A stretch of 64,000 bases of DNA from Methanobacteriota archaeon (lineage in GTDB: Archaea; Thermoplasmatota; Poseidoniia; Poseidoniales; Thalassarchaeaceae): NCBI GenBank assembly GCA_019654055.1, contig BPDA01000001.1, positions 17,938 to 81,937 of the forward strand. The letters run 5' to 3'. A program made the translations under genes and the position numbers. Shown piece after piece: positions 38,696 through 50,265 of the stretch; the first letter of the stretch is position 1, and the number at the start of each line of letters is the position of its first letter. The notes below the pieces were generated by a model. It was given only the letters and a program-made list of their open reading frames with translations. It did not search any database and had not been told where the DNA came from.

Positions 38696-41600
38696 ATGCG
38701 CGCGGTTTCTGCACCCACATCGCTCTACGAGACGTCGCGCAAGCGCCGGTCGGCCCTGCTGTTCAGCGCCCTGCTACTACTGTCCTCCTACGCCGCCCTC
38801 GAGTTCGGTGCCTGGGAGGCCCGGGCCTCGACCGATGCCGATGGTGACGGCCTGACCTACGGGCTTGAGTTCTACATCAACACCCAGCCTCAGGATTGGG
38901 ACTCCGACAACGACGGCCTTCCGGACGGTTGGGAGTGGCAGTACGGCTTGGACCCCCTATCAGCCACGGGGGACAACGGCTCTACGGGAGACCCCGACGG
39001 GGACGCCTTCACCAACCTCAACGAGTACCAGTACGGCATACCGACAGGCTGGGATTCATCCTCTACCCCATCTGTACTCGACAACGGGGTCTGGTGGAAT
39101 GGTACCGTCCCCACGAGGAACTGGGACGAGGAGAGTGCCATGCAGATCATTCAGGGCACCGGCTCGGACGGTGCTGACGAGGACCCGATGGGCAATATCT
39201 GCAACGACCAGATGGACAACGACAAGGATGGCCTCGTCGACACATTCGACAACGACGGTGACGGCGACGCCGACTGTAGCAGCGACGACGATGACGGCGA
39301 CGGGCTAATCGATGAGGATCCCGATGGATGGGACACCGACGGGGATGGCATGCCGGACGCTTGGGAGGTCGCCAACAACCTCGACCCGACCTCGAACTCA
39401 AACATGGACGGTGCGTACGGCGACCCCGACGGAGACGGATTAGGAAACCTGTGGGAGTACGTCAACCCCGCCTGGGGGACTCGAAACGGCTCGACCAACC
39501 CACCCACGCAATACTTCCGACCGGGTCCATTCAACATGACCGGCACCGAGTCCCCATGCAACCCCGTGCTCGGCTTGGGCCCGGGCGGCTGCGTCATATT
39601 CACCGCCGAGGTCGACGGCATCACCCAGACCGACCCGAACAACAACGACACCGACGGCGACGGTCTGAATGACTCGTATGAGGCATTCGTGCTTCTCACC
39701 GACCCGACCGCCGTCGACACCGACGGCGACGGAATCTGGGACGGCGTCGAGGTGAACGGCTCGTATGGCGACCCTCCTCAAGCCAGTGACCCACGCAACA
39801 ACAACACCGACGGCGATCAGTTCGATGACGGCGAGGAGGACGTCAACGGCAATGGCATAGTGGACCTCGGAGAGACCGATCCGACTCGAATAGAGGACGC
39901 CGGCGACATGGACAACGACGGCATAGACAACTGGGAAGAGAACATGACATGCACGCTGTGGAACGTCTCCGACACCGATGGCGGAGGAATCAACGACGGC
40001 GACGAGTTGACGCTAGCTCATTCGACCGATCCATGCGTCTCCACGGAGGATGTCGTCAAGCAGATTATGGGGTGGGATTCATCGAACTCGATTCTCACCC
40101 TGAACACCACCACCGGGCTCGACCCGAACCCGGTTGACTGGAGGCAGCAGGGCGCTGCGATGGCCTACTATGTATCCTCGAATGGCAGCCTCACCGGCTT
40201 CAGGTACGAGTCTATCATCTCCGACACTTTACGCAATGTCGACACCGACAGACCGAGCGATGCCGACACAGTGGTGTTCCTCAACTTCTCGTGGTGCTGG
40301 AACGCCACCGCCGGCGCGATTAATGAGCCACACTGTGACGACGACTACTTCGATACCGATGGTGACGGCCTCGCCGACTGGGAGGAAGGCCTCGGGACAT
40401 GGGGCTACCTGTCTCTGCCCAACATGTCGGACACCGACGGCGATGGGGTGGACGACCTCAACGAGATACTCAACGAGACCGACCCGAGCATCGCCTGCCA
40501 CAACCTACTCGATAGCGACGGCGACGGTCTCAACAATTACTTCGAGAACACCACCGGGTGTCCTTTGATTTACGGTCTGGGAGGCAATGGCACCATCGAC
40601 ACCTACTACACCATGTGGAACGTCACAGACACCGACAATGGCGGTGTGGCCGACGGCAGGAGTACCTCGACGGGACCAACCCGCAGAACAACTCGGCCGA
40701 CGACCTGAACCCCGTCGACACCGACGGCGACGGTATCCCCGACACCATCGAGCAGCAGATTGGGACCGACTGGAGAGACCCCGACACCGACGGAGGGGGA
40801 GTGCCCGACGGGCAGGAGTGCCCCTCCAGAGTACTGGGACCTCGGCTGCCTAGATGCCGAGGGCAACCCGTGGGACCCCACCGACGATATCGACGAGAAC
40901 ATGCTGTACTTCGTCGCCGAGAACACCTCAGCCGGTGTGGACCCGGATCTGAGGCACTACTGGAGGTGGCATACCTACGACTACTACACTGGCGTGTCAT
41001 GGGGAGTCAACACCACGTTGGTCGGTTACACTCAGATGTTATTCGACTGGTCCACCACACAGGGAGTAGCCGACTCCAGCTTCTGGCAGGAGAACGAATC
41101 GCTGGATGGACCATACAGTACGACGAAGACGGCATCTTAGGTCCGGGTGACGAGCTGATAGCGCCCTACAACGCTGTGAACTTCACCAGTTGGATGGACA
41201 ACAACGCGGGCTGAACTTCTCGAACTTCACCCGCGACATCCTCATCGATCAATCGACCGTGGACACCCTGTATGTGACAGCCCCACAGGTCTTCTTCGGC
41301 CCGCAGATTATAGCCAACTCCACCTCGTTTTCAGGAAGCAGCTACGCCTACGATCTCCCCGACGATTTCCTCGGCAAGAGCAGTTATTTCGTCGAAGAAG
41401 TAACTCAGACGGTAATCAACGAATCCGGGGCTTTCAGCGCATGGGATAAGGTGCTGGCGATCCAGGACTACCTGATCAACGGCAACGCCAGCACCAACTT
41501 CACTCTGAACTACGACGGCTCGGGGAGGGTCGACGGACTCGATGAGGACAGCGATATCGCCCACTGGATACTCAACGGCTCGCAGGAGGGCAGCTGCGAC

Positions 41601-44600
41601 GAGTTCACGACTGTGTTCTCCGTCATGCTCAGGCTCGCGGGAATCCCAACGAGAAAGGTCACCGGGTTCGCTGGAGGGACCTGGACGGGCAAGTCGTTCG
41701 AGGTTTACGGAAAGGACTTCACCAGGTGGGTCGAGGTCCACTTGGAGACCAATCAGAACCAAGGCGGCCTCGACATGGGCTGGATCCCGTTCGAGGCCTG
41801 CCCGCCGATGGCCGAACTCGAAGTTGTGGATTTGGATTGGGGGCCGACATGGGTGGAGAGGAACCTGTCCACCGGCGACATCTGGCTTAACGGGACCCTC
41901 CAGTTCGCCGACAACGAGACGGCCGCTGAAAACGTCACGATGTACCTCTACCTAGTCAGGTCCAACGATACTGGGGACGTGCCGGGTAGCGCGGCTCTGT
42001 CCGAGCACCTTGTTGACAACGGCACCACCGATGCGAACGGCAGCTTCAGTCTGAACGGCACCCCCGAGAAGGTCATCAACCCCGGATTCGGCTCGCTCGT
42101 TATCCACGTCTTCGAGAAAGGCTACGTCGGCTCGCAAGGCATCACCTTCACTTGGCGTCTGAACATCTCGGACGACGCCAATCTGAGCATCGGCGAGCCG
42201 CCCCCTCCTGACGAGCCGATGCTCGGCGCCGGCGTCGAGACTCTGGTCACCGGCGACATGTCATGGGCCAGCACCCCGTACAACGACCCATCCGAGTTAG
42301 ACAGCCTACAGGTCATCCTGAACTACACCACCGCGAGCGACGGCCCAATTAGCCTGATTGCAGATGTCGGGGCAGGGGGTTACTACGAGTTCTCCCTGAG
42401 TATCAATGAATCCGAACCGCTCGGCCTGATCAACGCCTCGTTGAACTTCTATGGTTGGCACGAGGAGGACCTCAACAACGCCAGCACCCCTTCCTACCAC
42501 CTCAGGCCGGCCACGGTGCCGTTCATGTTCAACATCACCCCCGCCCCTAACCTCACCGTAACGCTCGAGGGAGAGGGGGCCAACAACAGCATCCTCGAAG
42601 TTGACTCGCAGATCTACCTCAACGGCACCGTGCTGAGCAGGGGGCCGAACTCCGAGGCGCTGAACGGGACGTTAATTCTCAAGATGCGGCGTGCCAACAC
42701 CAACGGCCCTTTCACGACGCTCACCTCGTGGTACCTGAACGACAGCAACTGGACATCCTCTCCCGGCGAGTTCTCGGTGAGTTGGCTGTTCTCTGCCGTC
42801 CGTGTGCCGCTGCCTGCCGGCGAGGTCCAAGTCAAGCTGGAGTTTGACTCGGAAGGCCTCTTTGCCAATGACCAAGTCACATTCTCGGACGAGTATGGAA
42901 TACGCAGCTACGTCAACTTCGCCTACACCCTGCAACCCCTGCCTCGAGGCAATCTGGCAGTGGTCGAGGTCGTACTCACCGACCACACCAACACCTCCTT
43001 GGCGGATTTCCTCGGTACCTACATTCTGGAGCTCAACGGGACCGAGGAGTGGAACATCACCGATCCATCAGAGCCTAGGCTGGATGTGGCATTCACCCCG
43101 CCTTGGGAGACCTTCGCCGGCGACTACAGCTGGGTTTTGAACTTCTCGGGCTCGACCTGGCTGCAACCAGCTGAGGCAGTCGACGTGGTACGAATCCAGG
43201 GCAGGGCCAATGCCACCGTTCAACTGGGGCTCGAATGGACGCCCAGAGGGGCAACCAACTGGGTGGCCGGGTTCGCCAACGATATCTTCCACGACATCCC
43301 GGTACTAGGCAACAACTCCTCTGTGGTGGTGCAGTTGCTGGTGCCGTCCACCCTGCCCCCGGCGCCTGACGGCTCCCCGGCCCCGCCGGTAATCCACAGA
43401 TTGGCTTCCGGGTGGATTGACAACGCGACGGGGGCTACAACCTCAGCTTCGAGATGCCCTCGGGTGTAGGCTCCGGGGTGTATGACCTAAGGGCCGTACT
43501 CGACTTCAACCAGAACCCACCCTCCGGCGGAGTCTTCTTCAAGGTCCAGGACGATGCCGTATACGCCGCCGGCATACAAACTGAGTTCGTGGTAGATGCC
43601 GCTCCGAGCGCACTGATAGTGGTAGCCGGCTCGACCATGATAGTCAATGCCACCATCACCGACGTCGAGGACAACTCTCTGCTGCAGGGTGTGCTCGCTG
43701 ACATCTACTTCGATTGGGGCGGCGCTTCCGAGGCAATCATGGAGAACCAGACCACCGGGTCCGACGGTGTCGCGGCGTTCAGTCCGGTGATTCCCGCCGA
43801 TACGGCGCCCGGGTACTACACCATCCGGGTGCACGCACCGGACGACAAGTCGGACAACCTGACCGTCGCTGACGCAGGCAGATGGCTTGGCAACGACAGC
43901 ATGGTCAACCTCACGGTGCAGGTATCTAGCTTCGTCGAGATAGACAGCATACCCGTTGAGGTCACCGCAGGGCAGGCGTTCGCCATAAGTGGCAGGGTGA
44001 TTGACGCGGTCGACGCCAACAGGACCGTCAATGGGCCGATGGCAGTGGAGGTGTTCTTCCTGGCCGACTCCAGTGAGACTCTAGTGCAGAGCGCCACCAC
44101 GACCAGCAACGGCTCGTTCGCAATCTCAGTACCCACGGACCCATTGGGTGACGGCGTCACCAGCGGACTCAAGACCGTGGTGGTCAGCGTCATCAACGGC
44201 AGCACGCCGTTCTACCTAACTGGCACAGGAAACGCTTCGATACTCGTGCGTGGGGTGACCCAGTTCGTCGACAAGAGCCCAATCATCAACACCGTCGCGG
44301 ACCGTGGTTCATCGATCAACTTCGGGGCCCGACTGGTGGAGTCGAGCGACAATGACAGGCAGATCGGCAACGCGACCATAGGGGCGAAGTTCCACGACAC
44401 GTGGCTGCCAGCGATTCAGACGAACGGTGTGGGCGTGGTGAACTTCTCGTTCGCTATACCGCATTCTCATCCGCTTGGACTGATAGCCATCACGCTGTTC
44501 TTCAACGGCTCATCCACTCTGCACTCCACCACCACCACCATCACCACCATCACTGTCAGATCCCCTACCATCCTCACCGTCGACCCAATCACGGACAACC

Positions 44601-47600
44601 CTGCGGCGGGCGATTCGTTCTCGGTCAACGGCACGCTGACCTCCAGTAACGGCAGTGGCATTACAGACCGCGATGGCAACAGCCTCGCTCTGTCACTGAC
44701 GTTCTCGATTGACGGACAGAGCAACACTTTCACAGTTCCACACGGGCATGCGCACTTCACACCTAACGGCTCATGGCACGTCGAGATACGCCTGGATCTC
44801 ACCTTCCCGAGAGGTACCCACGACCTGATGGCCACATATACTCCCAATGTGAACTACTACGGCGCAAGCTCAGGTAACTCGACCTTCGACAGCCGTGGGT
44901 ACTCACTGCTGACCATCACCGACCCTCAGGACCTCGACCCGGACAGCAGGACCATCCGAGGAGACGTAATCAGCGTGAACGTTTCGCTGATTGACAACGC
45001 CGGTCAACCGATCGTGGCAGAACCGGTCGACATCCTGATTGACGGCATCTTCACTTCAAGGAGCTCCACTGACATCAATGGCAGCATGAACGCGCTCATT
45101 GATGTCAACATCAACAGGGCCCCCGGCCCGATGACGATTACCGCCGACTTCGGAGGAATCAGCGGCACCACCGGGCTGCTGGGAGATGAGTCTTGGACCC
45201 GCGTCATCATCCTCGCACCGACCGAGCTGGAGATTACCTCCATCACCGGTTCGGCCATAGCCGGCGAGAGTGTGACCTTCAGCGGCACCCTGCTCGACGA
45301 GCACGGCCAGTTCCTAATCCACGGAGGTAACCCACGAGGCGGAATCATCCACCTTGAGATAGACGGTGTCACTGTCGGTCCGATATACTCCACGCAGTCC
45401 AACGCCAGCACCGGAGAGTGGTCGATAACCTACGACCTGCCGCTGGATGCAGACTATGGCTTGCACACAGTTACAGTCAGGTTCCTCGGGGGATTCACCT
45501 GGGTGGACCCGATGGGTCAGGGCGATTCGCTCAACCCCGAGTACTACCTGCCCTCGTCGTACATGACGACGTTCAACGCAACCCAGACCTCGCAAGTGGT
45601 TCTGACGACTCCTCCGGGGGAGGTTGACAGGAACGAACTACTCCTGATTGAGGGTATGCTGACTGACGGCTCGGGCAGGATACTTCCGAACAGGAACCTA
45701 GAGGTCTCGATGAACGGGGAGTTCCTGACTGGGCTCTCTGTGGGCGAAAACGGGACCTTCAGTCTGTACATCCCCGTACCTCCTGACATGGAGCTGGGGC
45801 CACGAATAGTACTGATCACGTACCAAGGAGAGGAGTTCGTACTGGGCTCCAACTCCTCTACCATCTTCACAGTGTACGGGCCCGTCGAGATATCCGTAGT
45901 TCAGCCCCAAGCCGTAGCGGTAGGAGACCCTCTGATGCTGAGCGGGACTGTCAGGGACAACCTGCCCGGGGGCTGGCTCGCCAACCACTCGCTACAGATT
46001 TTCGTCGACGGAATCCTCGTCGGAATCACCAGTTCGGACGAGAACGGAGAGTGGTCGTACCTGTGGACCGTCTCGGACTTCCTAGAGGTCGGCAACCACA
46101 CTCTGACAATCAGGGCGCCCGAGCAGGGCTACCACCGGGTCGGCTCCACCGAGTCCGTCCTGATAATCGCCTACCACACGGGAATGACCCTGCAGGTCGA
46201 TTCTCCCGTAGTAACGAGAGGAGGCTCTTGGAACTTCACCGGGCGTCTGTTCGACGAGGACTCCTCAGGCCGTCCGGGGCTCGAGGGTAGGGAGTTGACC
46301 GTACGGATCGATGGCGAGGTCGCAGGTACCGTCACCACATCAATCGACGGCACCTTCAGCTACACCCACGATTTGGGGTACGCAATCGCACGCGGACCGC
46401 ACAACATAGCCTTCGCCTTCCTTGGCGAAACCTACTACCTACCAGTCCAGTACAACGTCACAGTATACGTCAGGGCGGACATAGAGATTGAGGTGTTCTC
46501 CAACAACCTCGACATAATTCGAGGGGACCCATTCGCCAAGATCAGGTTGCAGGGACGGATTCTTGAGATAGGCGGAGAGTCCAACGTGATGAGCAACATG
46601 ACGATATCATTGCACTGGGATGATCTGATTCTACCGCTGTCCGGGAACCCATGGGACGATGACGGGACCGAGCACTTCGGTCTCGCCACCAACGCAATCC
46701 ACAGCATGCCCCCGGGTCCACTGACCCTGACCGTAAGAGTCGAGCCCGACGGTTCTAGTTACCTCAATGGCGCCACCGTCGAGGTCGAGGTCGAGATTCT
46801 AATCTCCGTGGCCTACCGATTCAATCCCGAGTCCCTGTTCGTAGCCGAGGACCAGAGGCTGCTGTCAGGCTCAATCAACGTCACCGCGCTCGACACCGGG
46901 CAGGTGGTGCCCGACTTCCCGATATCGGCCTATCTGGTGAACGGCAGCTGCGTCAACAAGGACTCGCCGCACTTCGCCGTGGTCGGGCTCACCGATCAGA
47001 ACGGCCTGTTCACCTACCAGTTCGAATCGTTCACCGGACTTCCATCATTCCACAACCAGACCTTCTGGGGCGGGCTGCGGGTGTGTTTCGCGACTGACTC
47101 CGAATTTGTCGATCCGATTAACAAGACGTGGCCCCCTATGTTCCGCGACGGTCTCGACGTCGAGTACGAGCAGCAGTCAGGCAAGGCCTTCGGATTCTCA
47201 ACCATCCTGCTGGCCGCGCTGCTCACCCTCGCACTGCTGATTGGGGCGGCCATGCTGATGCGTAGGCGCAAGCAGGCCGCCATAGACGAATTGGCTGGTG
47301 TGTTCAGCTACACGGCCGAGCTACTGGCTGCCGGCGACGAGGTCAGGGAGGCCATCTTCAACTGTTACGAGAGCCTGTGCCAGATCCTGATGCGCAGGGG
47401 GTTCTTGCGCCGTGACTTCGAGACCGTACGCGAATTCGAGCTGGCGATTCGCAACGCCCTACCAATCAGCGAGCAGGCCCTAATCGCGCTCGACAGGATT
47501 TTCGAGGAGGCTAGGTACTCCAGTCACGTGCTCGGGGAGCCTCATCGGCAGAACGCGCAGATGGCACTGTCCACCGTCCTGCAGGAGATCGACGAGCTGC

Positions 47601-47650
47601 AAGAGGTCCCTGAGAGAGACTCCTATGTGGTCGACGATGGAATCAGGTGA
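38696..47650 (+). CDS. Giant (~2980 aa) cell-surface protein: signal peptide, thrombospondin type 3-like Ca-binding repeats, transglutaminase-like core, many Ig-like/sequon-rich repeats, TM anchor, DUF4129-like cytoplasmic tail; at least five apparent frameshifts (40.6-41.2 kb and ~43.43 kb)
   Basis: TSP3 repeats DTDGDGMPDAWE, DPDGDGLGNLWE, DTDGDGLNDSYE, DTDGDGIWDGVE, DTDGDGLADWEE, DSDGDGLNNYFE, DTDGDGIPDTIE. Transglutaminase core GSCDEFTTVFSVMLRLAGIPTRKVTGFAGG...FTRWVEVHL...GWIPFEA (Cys/His/Asp). C-terminal LLAALLTLALLIGAAMLMRRRKQ plus a tail resembling DUF4129. ORFs 38696-40708, 40558-41214, 40760-41140, 41190-43469 and 43454-47650 join into one reading frame if single-nt indels are allowed. 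Confidence 0.6.
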
Positions 47651-48083
47651 ACTCGAGACTCAACTCGCCTTCCGACCAGACGGCCCTCGCCAGTGCACTA
47701 CCTTCCGGCAGGGCGAACTTCCTGAGGATGCCTCCAAAGCGTTCCGGTGCGATGAGTCGGACCACATCCCCCCGCTCATTAGCCAGCCTCTCTACTACTA
47801 ACTCCTCGGGGAGAGTCGAAGGAAGGGGGATGCTGATTCTGTCGGCACTCAATGAGCCACCCAGTTCAGCTAGCATCTCGTCCAGAGGCTGGATGTCCCT
47901 AGCTAGGGACTTGGCTGCCTCAATCGGCTCGGATACGTCTGACACCACTTTGGCATGCTCTCCGCGCACCTCCTCGAGATGAGGTAGGTCGGAGAGGAAC
48001 TCCTCATGCATCCGCTCCGCCCCCAAATCGAGGCCAGGTGTTACGACACCGAGAGAGGGCCCATGTCCTCCTAGCCCGGGCAT
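47643..48083 (-). CDS. Hypothetical small protein (about 120-145 aa), weak Hsp20/alpha-crystallin-like C-terminus
   Basis: MHEEFLSDLPHLEEVRGEHAKVVSDVSEPIE...VVRLIAPERFGGILRKFALPEGSALARAVWSEGELSLEFT. The upstream 110 aa of ORF 47643..48344 overlaps the XPD 3' end and is discounted. Confidence 0.35.
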   Translation of the reverse strand: MPGLGGHGPSLGVVTPGLDLGAERMHEEFLSDLPHLEEVRGEHAKVVSDVSEPIEAAKSLARDIQPLDEMLAELGGSLSADRISIPLPSTLPEELVVERLANERGDVVRLIAPERFGGILRKFALPEGSALARAVWSEGELSLEFT

Positions 48084-48150
48084 CTCCACTTGCACCCGAG
48101 ACCATTGCATGCGCACCATCACGAGAGCCGCACTCGGATGAACCCATTGC

Positions 48151-50265
48151 TCATTCAGTGTACCTAGCTGGGTCAGGAAACTTCCTGAAGAAGCGCCCAG
48201 TGTGCCTCGCAGTCCTGTCCGAATCGACCGATTCCACCGCGTGGATTCCATCAGGCATACAGATTCTGAAGCCGCGCTGGAGCAGGCGCTTCTCCAGTAG
48301 CACCACCAGAGCACGGTCGGCCGCCTTCCTGATTGGCCTACCAATGGCTTGCAGGAGCCTGTTCACAGCTGGCTGAGAGCCGGCGTATCTCCATGCCAGC
48401 GCACTGTCGTACTCATCCTCGTAGTACTCCCTCAGAGCGTCCTGACGGGCGCTGGGAGGAGGCAAGGGCAGGCCGATGCAAATCACCGCATCGAGGATGT
48501 TCCCAGGGTAGTCGACGCCCTCGGCCAGCTTGCCACCTAGGACCCCCGCGAGCAGGGCTGGGGTCTTCGAACGCCTCAGTTGGTGGAGTCTGTCAACCAT
48601 ACTGTCCATCTGCTCCTTAGATGCTCCCGAACGCTCTTCCAACAACTGACGACTGCGCACTACCCAGTCCTCGTCTTCTAGGACTATCTGCTCCAGCAGG
48701 GCGTAGCTCGGAGCGAACACGGCGACGTGCCCTGGCGTCTGGCGCAGTACCGAGTGGATGTGCGCGCGTATCCTAGCAGTATTCTCTTCGCCCCGTTCAG
48801 CGTATCGACTGGTGACATCCTTTGCAATGAGAACCGGCCTCCTCTCGGAGAGGAAGTGAGAGGTATATTCCTTGACTATTGATACTCTGGATTTAGGGAC
48901 CTTGAGTAGGTCGTAGTACATCTGCGGAGGGAACAGAGTTCCTGACATCATGACACCACCTCGACACTCGTCAAGAAGCCCCTCGCTGACCACTCCAGGG
49001 TCCAGCAGATGAGTAGTCAGTCTGTGCTCTTCGCCCCCTAGTTTATCGTGGACGAGTGCGAAAGCGGGACTATCGTGGTGCTGCATGCAGGTGTGCAGCA
49101 GGATGGCCAGCCTAACGCAGGCTGTCTCTTCCTCGATATCGTCATCATCCTCGACAATGTCGACTCTTATCGATTGCAACATCCTGACTAGGTCGCCTAG
49201 CTCGATGGCTCGCTCGACGTCTTCGACCAGTATCGTCGAGATTCGACTTAGAAATTCCGTCATCGAGACTCTTTGATCATCGGTCCTGCTCGAAGATAGG
49301 CCACCGTCTATCTCGGCGAACCACTTCGGCAACTCGTTTCTCAGTCTGCGCATTGTAGCCTTCATTCTTCTGAGTCTGTCTAGTTCAGCGTTGTTCGAAT
49401 CAGCCTCGGCTCCGTCAAGCGATGCGCCCTCTGACTGAGTCCTCTCTGTATGCTCTTCAATCTCGTAAATCGCGTCCCTAATCACCTTCATCCTAATTGT
49501 GCGTTCGAATCCCTTGCGAATCCTATCTGGGAGATTGTGTGCCTCATCAACCACAAGCAGCGTGTTCTCCAACCCTATGCCCATCGCTGAGAGGGAGGAC
49601 TCCCTCACGGCCTCTACGAATACGTGATTGTAGTCGCATACCACCACATCAGCAGACGAAGCCGACTCTCTCGCTGCCTTCCAAGGGCAGATACCGTGGG
49701 GCATCCCCTCGTCGCCGGCCTTGCACATCGAGACGAGCTCGTCTACATGCAACGGATCGCGCAGTATCCGGGGGCGGATAAGATTGGCATCGGCGAGCCA
49801 CGGCCGACAGGTGCGCGAGCCTCGCTTCTCGGCACACAGCCTCGAGAATAACGCCCGGTGCTCGTGCCTAATCTCGTTGATGCACATTCCCTGCTGCCCA
49901 ATTAGGTCCACCAGCCTGACCCCGGGAGTGTCAGGCTCGAGCCTCTCGTTGATTCTGCGGACCGTGTCGACTACTATCCTGTGCTGCGACTGACGACCAG
50001 TCAGGAACATCACCACAGGAGGTTCTTCCGAGCTCCTCGCGACCTCGATTGCAGCGGCCAGAGCCGCCGCCGTCTTGCCAATTCCCGTTGGCGCGGCGGC
50101 CAGCAGGAATCCCCCGGCCCCGAGTGCTGCGATACCGTCGCCAATCATCTCAGCCTGGGCGTCACGAAGGTCCTCGTGGGCGATGAAACTCCCTGCACCG
50201 GACGTTGGACCCGCCTTCATGGAAGCGGACCTGATGATAGACCGACCAAGAAGATTGGCCATCAT
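48151..50265 (-). CDS. XPD/Rad3-family (DinG-like) ATP-dependent 5'-3' DNA helicase with 4Fe-4S domain
   Basis: Walker A AAPTGIGKTAAALAAAI; Fe-S Cys residues (GMCINEI, LCAEKRGSRTCRPW, MCKAG..GICPW); DEAH box LLVVDEAHNL; C-terminal helicase motifs (VLGGKLAEGVDYPG...QAIGRPIR). Confidence 0.8.
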   Translation of the reverse strand: MMANLLGRSIIRSASMKAGPTSGAGSFIAHEDLRDAQAEMIGDGIAALGAGGFLLAAAPTGIGKTAAALAAAIEVARSSEEPPVVMFLTGRQSQHRIVVDTVRRINERLEPDTPGVRLVDLIGQQGMCINEIRHEHRALFSRLCAEKRGSRTCRPWLADANLIRPRILRDPLHVDELVSMCKAGDEGMPHGICPWKAARESASSADVVVCDYNHVFVEAVRESSLSAMGIGLENTLLVVDEAHNLPDRIRKGFERTIRMKVIRDAIYEIEEHTERTQSEGASLDGAEADSNNAELDRLRRMKATMRRLRNELPKWFAEIDGGLSSSRTDDQRVSMTEFLSRISTILVEDVERAIELGDLVRMLQSIRVDIVEDDDDIEEETACVRLAILLHTCMQHHDSPAFALVHDKLGGEEHRLTTHLLDPGVVSEGLLDECRGGVMMSGTLFPPQMYYDLLKVPKSRVSIVKEYTSHFLSERRPVLIAKDVTSRYAERGEENTARIRAHIHSVLRQTPGHVAVFAPSYALLEQIVLEDEDWVVRSRQLLEERSGASKEQMDSMVDRLHQLRRSKTPALLAGVLGGKLAEGVDYPGNILDAVICIGLPLPPPSARQDALREYYEDEYDSALAWRYAGSQPAVNRLLQAIGRPIRKAADRALVVLLEKRLLQRGFRICMPDGIHAVESVDSDRTARHTGRFFRKFPDPARYTE

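Noticed and set aside
47643-48344. N-terminal 110 aa of ORF 47643..48344
   Set aside because: Overlaps the XPD gene 3' end on the same strand in another frame. The protein probably starts at an internal Met (48083 or 48011).
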